Source of the DNA: Leptolyngbya sp. DLM2.Bin15
GTDB lineage: Bacteria > Cyanobacteriota > Cyanobacteriia > RECH01
Direction of reading: 5' to 3'
NCBI GenBank assembly: GCA_007694125.1
Contig: RECH01000212.1
Location: forward strand, 1 to 60,074
Length of the DNA: 60,074 bases
Shown here one piece after another: positions 43,522 to 52,619 of the stretch (positions are counted from its first letter, which is position 1; every line of letters starts with the position of its first letter). Position numbers and translations under genes: made by a program. The notes below the pieces were generated by a model that made no database searches, was not told the DNA's origin, and saw only the letters and a program-made list of their open reading frames with translations.

Positions 43522-44739
43522 ATGTGGCATATCGGTCAGCATTGGATAGGAAAGGCTGGAGTGGCGATCGCTGCCTTAGTGATGGTGGGTAGCGAAGGTC
43601 GGCTCAGCCGTGCTCCTGTGTTGGCAAGGTCGGCGCACTTTGATACCCCGCTGGCCTCTGCGGCTCCGTCTATCTTAGATCGAGATGGCTTCGATCGAGA
43701 TGAGGTGAGGGATCAGCCAGATCAGCGCGATCGCCGCCAGCGCACGGTCTACACCTACGATTTTCCTAGTTTCCATAGTCAGCGCTTAGATGAACAATTG
43801 GCCCAATACACCGCTTATCTCAAGACCCATGGGCCACCCGATGTGTTGATTCTGGGCAGTTCGCGATCGCTGCAGGGGATTGACCCCCAAGTGTTGGCGG
43901 CGACGCTGGAGGATGAAGGCTGGGGCGAGGTCACGGTCTACAACTTCAGCGTGAATGGGGCGACAGCCAAGGTCGTAGACGTGATCTTTCGGCAGGTGCT
44001 GGATCCGGAGCATCTGCCGCGCTTGGTGATTTGGGGGGATGGATCCCGCGCGTTTAACAGTGGCCGCCCCGATGCTACCTATGAGCGTCTGACAGCTTCG
44101 CCGGGCTATAGGCGGTTAGTCACAGAGGGCGATCGCCCTATCCAAAGCATTGTGCTGCAATCATCGCCCCAGTTATCACGACTTTTGAGGGGGCAAGCCG
44201 AACCGTCCTGCTGGCCGGCCGAGAACCCAGAAGCCAGTACGGTCGATCCTTGGCTGTCGTCGAGCGGTGACTGTGCCCCTGCGCCGTCGCCAATCGCCAC
44301 TGACCTGACGCCCCAAGGCTTTTTGCCCATCGCCGATCGCTTTGATCCAGCCGTCTACTACCAAGGTTTTCCCCGCGTGTCTGGGCAGTATGACGGTAGC
44401 TATGTGCCGTTCCAACTGCAGGGAGAACAGACCCAAGCCTCGGTGGCGATCGTCAACTACGCCCGTCAGCAAGGGATTCCCCTCGTGCTCGTCAACCTGC
44501 CCCTGAGCCAAGATTATCTTGACCCCGTGCGTCAGAGCTATGAACAGCAATTTCAGCTACACCTACGGCAATTGGCGATCGCCCAAGGGTTTACGCTCGT
44601 GGACTTAAACCAGCCCGACTTTCAGCGCAACGACCTATTTGCCGATCCGAGTCACATCAACCAGGTGGGTGCCGTGCTCGTGTCGGAGGCGATCGCCCGA
44701 GATCCGATGGTGCCGTGGGAGGTGTTGCTAGAGCCGTGA
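43522..44739 (+). CDS. Exported SGNH-hydrolase-like protein (DUF1574-like)
   Basis: N-terminal hydrophobic segment, DVLILGSSR (Ser block), YNFSVNGAT (Gly block), FADPSHIN (DxxH). Confidence 0.65.
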   Translation: MWHIGQHWIGKAGVAIAALVMVGSEGRLSRAPVLARSAHFDTPLASAAPSILDRDGFDRDEVRDQPDQRDRRQRTVYTYDFPSFHSQRLDEQLAQYTAYLKTHGPPDVLILGSSRSLQGIDPQVLAATLEDEGWGEVTVYNFSVNGATAKVVDVIFRQVLDPEHLPRLVIWGDGSRAFNSGRPDATYERLTASPGYRRLVTEGDRPIQSIVLQSSPQLSRLLRGQAEPSCWPAENPEASTVDPWLSSSGDCAPAPSPIATDLTPQGFLPIADRFDPAVYYQGFPRVSGQYDGSYVPFQLQGEQTQASVAIVNYARQQGIPLVLVNLPLSQDYLDPVRQSYEQQFQLHLRQLAIAQGFTLVDLNQPDFQRNDLFADPSHINQVGAVLVSEAIARDPMVPWEVLLEP

Positions 44740-44742
44740 GTG

Positions 44743-45273
44743 CTACCGTGAAGCAGCCGCTTCTTGGGCATCACTCGGTTTAGCGGCCCCATTCTCAGGA
44801 ACTTGAATGGTCAGCGTGGAACAGGGTGCGTGGTGCAGCACATAGTTACTAACGCTACCCATGAGCATTTCCCGAATAGCGGACAGCCCTCGTCGTCCCA
44901 TGATCACCAGATCAACGCCACTCTCTTCGGCCATGGCACAGATGATTCGTCCTGGGCTACCTGGAATTTGCCGGTAGGAGGTGGTGATGCCATGGGATTG
45001 GGCTACGTCGGAGAGCGATCGCAGCATATTCAGCCCCCGTTCCTCAAATTCTTGCCATTGCTCTCGGTAGACCTTCAGCATGGAATCGTTGACCACAGGG
45101 TAGTAGCTCAGCCCAGGGCTGACAAACATATCGGGGCTACCCGATTCCTCTGCTGTTAAGACATGCAATAGGATTAACTCAGCTTGGATAGGCTTCGCTA
45201 GGGATAGGGCGTGGTTAAAGACATGTCGCCCCATTTCAGAGCAATCAACCGCTACAAGAATTTTTTGAAACAT
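44743..45273 (-). CDS. Universal stress protein
   Basis: MFQKILVAVD, DLVIMGRRGLS..MGSVSNYVLHHAPCS. Confidence 0.95.
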   Translation of the reverse strand: MFQKILVAVDCSEMGRHVFNHALSLAKPIQAELILLHVLTAEESGSPDMFVSPGLSYYPVVNDSMLKVYREQWQEFEERGLNMLRSLSDVAQSHGITTSYRQIPGSPGRIICAMAEESGVDLVIMGRRGLSAIREMLMGSVSNYVLHHAPCSTLTIQVPENGAAKPSDAQEAAASR

Positions 45274-45348
45274 AGTTTTTACCCACTGTGAGTGTTAATG
45301 AGGAGGGAGGTGGGACGGGAGCGATCGCCCCCATCCCAGATGCTGGCC

Positions 45349-47856
45349 CTAGGATTGAGTTTCCTCAACCTTAGCGATCGCCAACAGGGTCTTCATCACC
45401 GAGTCTGGATTGAGGCTAATGGAGTCAATCCCTAGCTCAACCAAGAATTCAGCAAATTCTGGATAGTCACTGGGGGCCTGCCCGCAGATGCCAATCTTGC
45501 GATGGTTGCGTTTAGCCGCCTCAATCACCATCCGTACCATTTGCTTCACCGCCTCGTTGCGTTCATCAAAGATGTGCGCCACCAACGATGAATCGCGATC
45601 GAGACCAAGGGTGAGTTGGGTCAGGTCATTGGAGCCAATGGAGAATCCATCAAACACCTGACTGAAGGCATCCGCGAGGATGACATTGCTGGGAATTTCG
45701 CACATCACATAGACTTGCAGACCGTTGTCACCCCGCTTGAGTCCATGTTTTTCCATTTCTGCCAACACCTTGCGTCCCTCTTCTGGGGTGCGGCAGAAGG
45801 GAATCATGGGAATGACGTTGGTTAACCCCATGTCATCCCGTACCCGCTTCAGGGCCTTACATTCTAGCCCGTAGGCTTCGGCATAGTTGGGGTCGTAGTA
45901 GCGCGATGCGCCCCGCCAGCCAATCATCGGATTTTCTTCCGACGGTTCAAACTGCCGACCACCGAGCAAGTTGGCATATTCATTGCTCTTGAAGTCAGAC
46001 ATGCGGACGACCACCGGGTTGGGATAGAAGGCTGCCGCAATCATGCCGATGCCGTGGGCTAGCTTATCGACAAAGAAGTCGGGTTTGTGGTCATAGAGCG
46101 CCGTCAGCTCAGCAATCTCGCGTTTGGCGTCCTCGTCTTCCAGGGTATCAAAGTGCAGCAGGGCTAAGGGGTGGGCCTTAATGTGGTTGGCAATGATGAA
46201 CTCGAAGCGGGCTAGACCAACGCCATCACAGGGAATCGACGATAACCCAAAGGCTTCATCCGGGTTGCCCACATTCATCAAAATCTGGGTGCGGGTGCGC
46301 GGTAGGTTATCCAACTGGGTTTCTTGGATCTCAAAGGGCACCAATCCGGCATAGACCCGACCCTCTTCCCCTTCCGAGCAGGAGACGGTCACGGCTTGCC
46401 CAGTTTTGAGGACGCCGGTGGCATTGCCGCAGCCGACGATCGCTGGAATACCCATTTCCCGAGCAATAATTGCGGCGTGGCAGGTGCGTCCGCCTTGGTT
46501 GGTGACGATCGCACTGGCGCGTTTCATAATCGGTTCCCAGTCAGGATCGGTCTTGTTGGTCACCAAGACTTCACCGGGCTTGAACTGATCGATGCCATGG
46601 ACATCCAAAATCACCCGGGCATCGCCCTGGCCAATCATTTCGCCCACGGCTCGCCCGGTGATCAATACGTCACTGGTTCCCTGGAGGCGATAGCTGCGGA
46701 GAATATTGCCAGCTTTTTGCGACTGGACGGTTTCTGGGCGGGCTTGCACGATGAACAGCTCGCCGGTAATGCCATCCTTCGCCCATTCAATGTCCATGGG
46801 CGTATACATGCCGCGCACGTTGGAATAGTGATCTTCGATGATGCAGGCCCATTCAGCCAGCTTGAGAATTTCATCATCGGTGATCGCATATTTACAGCGT
46901 TCACTGTCCGACACCGTCACATTTTTGGTGAGCTTCGAGCCACCCGTGTCATAGACCATCTTGATTTCTTTGCTGCCCAAGCGTTTTTCAAGAATGGGTC
47001 TAAAGCCTTGCTTGAGGGTGGGCTTGAAGACAAAGTATTCGTCAGGGTTGACGGCACCCTGCACCACGTTTTCGCCTAGGCCGTAGGCTGCGGTGACCAG
47101 GGCGGCATCCTTGAAGCCAGTTTCGGTATCGATGGAGAACATCACGCCCGAGGAGGCTAGGTCAGACCGCACCATTTTTTGCACGCCCACGGAGAGGGCC
47201 ACTTCAAAGTGGTCAAAGCCCTTAATGGTGCGATAGGAAATGGCGCGATCGGTAAACAGGGAGGCAAAGCACTTGTGGCAGGATTCCAGTACGCCCTTGA
47301 CGCCATGGACATTTAGATAGGTTTCTTGCTGTCCAGCAAAGCTAGCATCGGGCAAGTCTTCGGCTGTGGCGCTGGAGCGTACCGCCACGTCTACATCGCT
47401 GCTGTAGCGCCGACAGGCTTCCCGTTCTTCTCCTTCAAAGCGATCGCACAATTCACCATTGATGCCGTAGCGTTCACAGAGGCGCAGGTAGGCCAGGGCG
47501 ATCGCTTCTTCGAGATCTTTCGGGAAGGGCGTATTTAAGATCAAACCTCGGGCTTGCTTGCCGCGTTCCCGCAGGTTGGGCATGTCTTCCACATCGAGAT
47601 CAGAAAAGAGCGATCGCAGTTGTTCCTTCAGCCCAGCTTTTTCAATGAAGTAGCGGAAGGCGTAGGCTGTTGTAGCAAAGCCTGTGGGAACACTTACGCC
47701 TTGGGGCATGAGTTGCTGAATCATTTCTCCTAGGGAGGCATTTTTTCCGCCTACATACGGAATATCTGCAATGCCAACTTCTTCAAACCAAAGAATTAAT
47801 GCATTGTCTTTGGTATGTCCGGAATCACTTCTTGATGCGAATGGTAGGTTAACCAT
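45349..47856 (-). CDS. ppsA: Phosphoenolpyruvate synthase
   Basis: VGGKNASLGEM, AVRSSATAEDLPDASFAGQQET, phospho-His in GGRTCHAAIIARE, FSIGSNDLTQ. Confidence 0.98.
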   Translation of the reverse strand: MVNLPFASRSDSGHTKDNALILWFEEVGIADIPYVGGKNASLGEMIQQLMPQGVSVPTGFATTAYAFRYFIEKAGLKEQLRSLFSDLDVEDMPNLRERGKQARGLILNTPFPKDLEEAIALAYLRLCERYGINGELCDRFEGEEREACRRYSSDVDVAVRSSATAEDLPDASFAGQQETYLNVHGVKGVLESCHKCFASLFTDRAISYRTIKGFDHFEVALSVGVQKMVRSDLASSGVMFSIDTETGFKDAALVTAAYGLGENVVQGAVNPDEYFVFKPTLKQGFRPILEKRLGSKEIKMVYDTGGSKLTKNVTVSDSERCKYAITDDEILKLAEWACIIEDHYSNVRGMYTPMDIEWAKDGITGELFIVQARPETVQSQKAGNILRSYRLQGTSDVLITGRAVGEMIGQGDARVILDVHGIDQFKPGEVLVTNKTDPDWEPIMKRASAIVTNQGGRTCHAAIIAREMGIPAIVGCGNATGVLKTGQAVTVSCSEGEEGRVYAGLVPFEIQETQLDNLPRTRTQILMNVGNPDEAFGLSSIPCDGVGLARFEFIIANHIKAHPLALLHFDTLEDEDAKREIAELTALYDHKPDFFVDKLAHGIGMIAAAFYPNPVVVRMSDFKSNEYANLLGGRQFEPSEENPMIGWRGASRYYDPNYAEAYGLECKALKRVRDDMGLTNVIPMIPFCRTPEEGRKVLAEMEKHGLKRGDNGLQVYVMCEIPSNVILADAFSQVFDGFSIGSNDLTQLTLGLDRDSSLVAHIFDERNEAVKQMVRMVIEAAKRNHRKIGICGQAPSDYPEFAEFLVELGIDSISLNPDSVMKTLLAIAKVEETQS

Positions 47857-48430
47857 AAGTGTATTCCTCTGGCTTTTATAACAGCCTATTAAGAACAGAT
47901 AGTGAGATGATTGTGGACTCGTTTTTTGATGCGGAATAAACTCAATCCTTTATCACCCCACTCTCATCATAGTGTGCCCTAAAAATGATAATTATTAAGA
48001 CTTTTTGAATTGCTCCCAAAGCCTAACGCAACCTAAATCGAGCGGACAATTAGTTATGTTTCTTAATGGATTCAGCTAGCGTCTAATCCATTGATTGGTA
48101 TAGGGTCTAGCGGTTCACTAAAAGGTGGCGATCGCGTTCTTAATCACGTAAGCTAGAAGTAGAGATCTATCCAGAATCTAAACGAGATCGTCCAGCGCCT
48201 GCAAAAGTTAATATCTTTCAACAAAACCTAACATTTTTAGCCCTAAATTTATGCCCAAAACATCGGCAATGCTTCAAGAAACTCAATATTTAATTGTTTA
48301 ACCATGGATGAACATCCAACGTCTGGATTAATCCAATCATTAAACAATCCATAGGTTGTATTAAGCAGAAAAATCTATTGATATATAGGATGCGATCGCA
48401 TCAACCTAACGTGTCAAATCTTTACAAAAC

Positions 48431-48464
48431 GGTGCGTTACGGCTAACCCTAACAGCACGCTTAT
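48431..48464 (-). repeat. Degenerate copy of the GTAG-type REP
   Basis: Reverse complement ATAAGCGTGCTGTTAGGGTTAGCCGTAACGCACC matches the unit at 24729. Confidence 0.7.
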
Positions 48465-48470
48465 CCCAAG

Positions 48471-48595
48471 GACTACGCTGGCTGAGCGAAGTCGTTTGTC
48501 CTGAGGACAGGCTACGCTAACGTGAAACGTCTCCCGCAGGGAGAAAACTAAAACCCGACCCGTGTTCCCTTCGACTTCGCTCAGGGAACACCCGC
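48471..48595 (-). repeat. Inverted copy of the 12.6-kb REPIN unit carrying nested small insertions
   Basis: Reverse complement gcgggtgttccctgagcgaagtcgaagggaacacggg...tctccctgcgggagacgtttcacg[24 nt]aacgacttcgctcagccagcgtagtc. Confidence 0.9.
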
Positions 48596-48682
48596 TCAAG
48601 AAACGTCAGTCAGAGAACACTGGTGCCCCACGACAAGGTAAACCCGCCGCAGAGAACTAGGGACGTGATCGTGGCAAGGCGA

Positions 48683-49468
48683 TCAAAAGGAGCGGTTCAA
48701 AAAAGCTTGGATATGCTGCACCAACCCTTCATGTTCAGCCCGTCCAATGCCGTAGTAGGGGGTGAGGGGCAGATAGGTGGGCAAATCGGGCGGTAGGTCT
48801 TGGGACTTAAAGTGTAGACATACTCGATAGACCGAACCGGCGCTGCCATCGGAGGTCTCAAGCTGGACGGCGGCGATCGCCTCCAGGGGATAGGTTTGCT
48901 GCTGTTTCTGCCATACGCCCTGCTGTTGCAGGGTAAACTGTCCAGTTTGCTTATCAAAGGTGCCGGTCACCACCTTGCCATAGAGCACACTGATGGCAAG
49001 GCCCACCAACGTCAGCGCCCATCCAACGCCATAGGCAAACCAGCGGTTATCGCTGACCCATTCTAAAGACAGCAGGTCTGGATTGTAGAGAAATCGCTGG
49101 ATGCGTCCGGCAATCGTCAGTCGTTCGCGATCGTTGAGCGTAGCGTAGATCTGGATGGGAAGGTAGCGATCGCCCATACGCAGCCAAATGGCATGGCTGG
49201 GTGTTGAGGTGGCATCGGGGGGAAAGAGCTGTACCGTTTGCAGATGATCCACGGGGAAGTAGATCGTGCTGGAGCGAAGTAGGTTGGCCTGGGTGAGTTC
49301 GCAAAAGCCATCCCCTTGCTCAGTGCGATCGCACATCAGCCGTGATGATTGCCCTAACAGCACCATGATGATTAAACCCATGGTGACCCAAGCACTACTT
49401 AAGATCCATAGCAACCAAGGTCGAGCAGTAAAGACAAAGCTACGAGACGTAAATTCCTGCACAGTCAT
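48683..49468 (-). CDS. Hypothetical membrane protein with an internal two-fold repeat
   Basis: Two TM helices, each followed by a similar soluble module (FPVDHLQTVQL/YPLEAIAAVQL; YLPIQIY/YLPLTPY; RIQRFL/HIQAFL). Confidence 0.75.
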   Translation of the reverse strand: MTVQEFTSRSFVFTARPWLLWILSSAWVTMGLIIMVLLGQSSRLMCDRTEQGDGFCELTQANLLRSSTIYFPVDHLQTVQLFPPDATSTPSHAIWLRMGDRYLPIQIYATLNDRERLTIAGRIQRFLYNPDLLSLEWVSDNRWFAYGVGWALTLVGLAISVLYGKVVTGTFDKQTGQFTLQQQGVWQKQQQTYPLEAIAAVQLETSDGSAGSVYRVCLHFKSQDLPPDLPTYLPLTPYYGIGRAEHEGLVQHIQAFLNRSF

Positions 49469-49691
49469 AGACTGGATGGCTCAAGGAAAACAGATGATGG
49501 AATCAAAGGCAAACCCTAGTTCCAATGTTCTGCCATGGCCTAGTCCATCCGGAATCTCGCCCCATCCCGTTGAAACTCAAACTATCTTCCGACGAGAGAG
49601 TAATATCGCCCACGGCGCTTTCCCGCAACCAGCCAGGGACTTTCTCGCACATCTAAAACCAATGCTGTCCACCTATCAAGAGCTAGAGACT

Positions 49692-50486
49692 ATGGTAGAT
49701 CTAGACTATGCCCAAGCCGTCACCTGTGCGCTCCTATCAAAAGACATCTATGAGGACTTTGCTAGCCCTCGTCTTAATGGATTTGAGGCTACCCATCCCT
49801 ACTATTTATTAGACGATAAAAGCACCGATACCCAAGGAGCTGTGATCGTTGACGCCGCTGCCTCAACAATCCATATCGTGTTTCGCGGCAGCTCCCATGA
49901 AAAAGACTGGGAAATCAACCGCAACTTCAGACCCACCGTTGCCGAGTTCAGGCAAGAGGTGATTCAGGGGGAGATTGTGGCGGAGCAGGAGAAGACCTAC
50001 CCCTATGCAGAAGGTGGTTCATCGGGGTCGATGATGCATTCTGGGTTTGTCAACGCTTATATGGCAGAGAAGATCCGACCGGTTATTCACCAATACCTCA
50101 ACGACCACATCGCCGCCGCCCCACCCCGAGTGATCGTCACCGGGCATAGCCTCGGGGGAGCGATCGCTACGCTCTGTGCTGTCGATATTCAATATAACTT
50201 TGCAAGTAAGATAAGCAGCATTGAACTCTACAGCTTTGGTGCGCCACGAGTTGGCAACCGCAACTTCCAAGATTCCTTCAATCGTCGAGTGCCCCAGAGC
50301 TATCGGTTTATCTACGGCATGGACATGGTGCCAGCCCTGCCCAGACCCTGGCAAGGCTACGTTCATATAGACCAAGAATATCGTTTAGGATCACGGTTTG
50401 GTTGGCGGTTTCTATCCCGCCGCTTCACAGACCATAGCATCGAGCAATATATTGCAGCCCTACAGGACAAGCAACCCAACGCCTAA
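49692..50486 (+). CDS. Class 3 lipase family protein
   Basis: IVFRGS, HSGF, VTGHSLGGAIA, YSFGAPRVGN, DMVPALP, C-terminal DH. Start is 49662 or 49692; the longer track ORF overlaps the divergent gene. Confidence 0.9.
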   Translation: MVDLDYAQAVTCALLSKDIYEDFASPRLNGFEATHPYYLLDDKSTDTQGAVIVDAAASTIHIVFRGSSHEKDWEINRNFRPTVAEFRQEVIQGEIVAEQEKTYPYAEGGSSGSMMHSGFVNAYMAEKIRPVIHQYLNDHIAAAPPRVIVTGHSLGGAIATLCAVDIQYNFASKISSIELYSFGAPRVGNRNFQDSFNRRVPQSYRFIYGMDMVPALPRPWQGYVHIDQEYRLGSRFGWRFLSRRFTDHSIEQYIAALQDKQPNA

Positions 50487-50684
50487 TTGAATAGGCATCC
50501 CTAACCACCCTCTCTGCCCTGTCACGCCTCTTAATGTTCTGAGAGGCGTGATAAAGATCACCATGATTTGGGGGTTGTGTGCTAGGGTTAATTTGGTAAT
50601 TATTTTCGGGTATAACTCATTGGTTTACGTGCTGTTGTCTCCGAATCTAATTCTCTACAAACACCTTTGATTTGGAGATGCTGA

Positions 50685-50993
50685 ATGTCAATTTACGTTG
50701 GTAACCTCTCTTATGATGTTACACAGGAAGACCTGTCTGAAATTTTTGCAGAATATGGGACAGTGAAGCGCGTTCATCTGCCCACTGACCGTGAGACAGG
50801 TCGCCCTAGAGGTTTTGCTTTTGTCGAGCTGGGAACAGACGAAGAAGAAAACGCTGCTATCGAAGACTTGGACGGCGCTGAATGGATGAACCGCGATCTG
50901 CGGGTCAACAAGGCGAAGCCCCGTGAAAACAATCGCAGTGGTGGCGGTGGCGGTGGCAGCCGCGGCGGCTGGAACAACAACCGCAGCTACTAA
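50685..50993 (+). CDS. rbpA: RRM RNA-binding protein with a Gly-rich tail (RbpA-like)
   Basis: RNP2 IYVGNL, RNP1 RGFAFV, GGGGG tail. The leader carries TCTCCGAA and TTTGGAGA elements like other cyanobacterial rbp genes; rpsU follows. Confidence 0.9.
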   Translation: MSIYVGNLSYDVTQEDLSEIFAEYGTVKRVHLPTDRETGRPRGFAFVELGTDEEENAAIEDLDGAEWMNRDLRVNKAKPRENNRSGGGGGGSRGGWNNNRSY

Positions 50994-51042
50994 TCGCATC
51001 TGAATTGCCAACAAGCAATCTCTAGTATTCGTTGATCGTGAT

Positions 51043-51083
51043 GAGCAGCAGGGTAGAGAGCACAACACTTTACCCTACTGCTC
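51043..51083 (+). terminator. Hairpin downstream of rbpA
   Basis: Stem gagcagcagggtagag/ctttaccctactgctc. Confidence 0.55.
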
Positions 51084-51373
51084 TCACGTTTAGTCTGATT
51101 CAGTGAGTTTGGTTTGGGTTTGGACAGGCGCGGCGAGTATAGCTCCCCATCACTGAGCTATACGCCGAATAGGGCAAGATGCTTGAAAAGCAGGTCAGTT
51201 CACAGACGATGCGCAGGTTGGTTAGAGCAGATGAGCCTCTCAGCCAATCTATTTAGGAGTGCATGAGTTGCAGTTGTGGACTACCGTTAAAGTATAGTTA
51301 AGTCGATCTGACAGCTTGCAAGAGCTGACCAGGTTGGCACCTTTGATGTTGATGTATTGATTGAGGAAATAGC

Positions 51374-51562
51374 ATGACCCAAGTAATTCTGGGCGAAAAT
51401 GAAGGTATAGAGTCAGGCCTGCGACGTTTTAAGCGCAAGGTTTCTCAGGCAGGCATTTTTCCAGACATGCGGAAAAATCGTCACTTTGAAACACCGATCG
51501 AAAAGCGTAAGCGCAAGGCGCTGGCTCGTCGTAAGCAACGTCGCCGTCAATCTCGGTTCTAG
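51374..51562 (+). CDS. rpsU: 30S ribosomal protein S21
   Basis: [33 protein letters not shown]; RBS GAGG. Confidence 0.97.
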   Translation: MTQVILGENEGIESGLRRFKRKVSQAGIFPDMRKNRHFETPIEKRKRKALARRKQRRRQSRF

Positions 51563-51889
51563 GGACTAAGCCTCTGAATTTGTTGTAGAACCCTGGCGGT
51601 TCACCCGGTGCCCATGCTCCATGTGGACGGAGGCTAACGTTAACCTAGATGCATCAATGTGCTCAAGTATCATCACCCGCCCCGACATCTGTGTCAGGGC
51701 GGGCAATGTTTGTATGGGGCTAGGGCGGATGGGGGATACAGGAATCTAGTCCTTGGTTGCACGTGCGATCAGGTTGTCGTTTTGGCAATCAATGTTTAGG
51801 ATTACAGGCACGAAGAATTTTTGACCATGGGTCTACCCCTTGGATGTCATGCTCTGAGGTGGTGATCAACACCAACAAGAGGTTTGGGG

Positions 51890-52435
51890 ATGAATAGACA
51901 ACTAGCTTGGATAACTCGTGGAGGGGCGATCGCCCTTGGTGCAGCAGCGATCGCGGCGACAATGGGTGTGGCTAAGCCAGCATCTGCCCAGCCTGCCTAT
52001 GGCAGCTATGTGGGGATCGGCGGCTCCTTCGGTCTTACGGAAGGCAACACGACTGTTTTTAACGAAAGCCGCGAGTCGGCAGCCGTGATCGCTGTGCGCT
52101 ACAACATTTTGGAACTGCCCATCTCCGTGCGTGGGCAAGTGTTGACCCTTGGTAGCACAACCGCCATTGTGCCAACAGTCTCCTACGATCTACCCCTCAA
52201 CTGGCAGACTGATGCTTATATTGGTGCAGGGATTGCCTTCCAAAATGGCGGTAGCGATGGCGATACATCCCCCATTGGCAACCAAACTGCCTTCGTGATT
52301 CAGCCCGGCGTAGACTATAGCTTGCCCTATAGTCGGTTGGTGCTGTTCGGTAATGCCATTATTGCGTTTGATGCCTATGAAGAGGGTGGTGGCACTGCTG
52401 CATCCCTCCAAGGCGGAGTAGGTCTGCGCTTCTAA
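51890..52435 (+). CDS. Small outer-membrane beta-barrel protein
   Basis: Signal peptide ending PASA-Q, alternating beta-strand pattern (SYVGIGGSFG, AYIGAGIAF), C-terminal GVGLRF with a terminal Phe. Confidence 0.78.
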   Translation: MNRQLAWITRGGAIALGAAAIAATMGVAKPASAQPAYGSYVGIGGSFGLTEGNTTVFNESRESAAVIAVRYNILELPISVRGQVLTLGSTTAIVPTVSYDLPLNWQTDAYIGAGIAFQNGGSDGDTSPIGNQTAFVIQPGVDYSLPYSRLVLFGNAIIAFDAYEEGGGTAASLQGGVGLRF

Positions 52436-52619
52436 GCGTTTTTGTCTTAGACCGATCTGCGTCTTCGATCCAGGCGGTGGCGATCAGCTCGTCGCCTATA
52501 TTTTGCTGGAGATAACAGCATTGTGAGAGAGATTCTGGGTAGGACTCCGTTTCTCCTGTGGGAACAGGGTAAGCTGATGTCAGTCGGGCGATCGCCCGTT
52601 TCGCATTTCTGCCCTTACC

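Noticed and set aside
45349-47856. Intein in ppsA
   Set aside because: The length (835 aa) and continuous motifs leave no room; only the short Cys-containing insert is present.
49266-49661. Long N-terminal extension of the lipase in the ORF track
   Set aside because: It overlaps the divergent membrane-protein gene, and lipase-like sequence begins only near 49692.
51263-51301. 12-codon ORF MSCSCGLPLKYS with an AGGAG RBS before rpsU
   Set aside because: It overlaps the likely rpsU -10 box (TATAGT) and is too short to support without conservation data.
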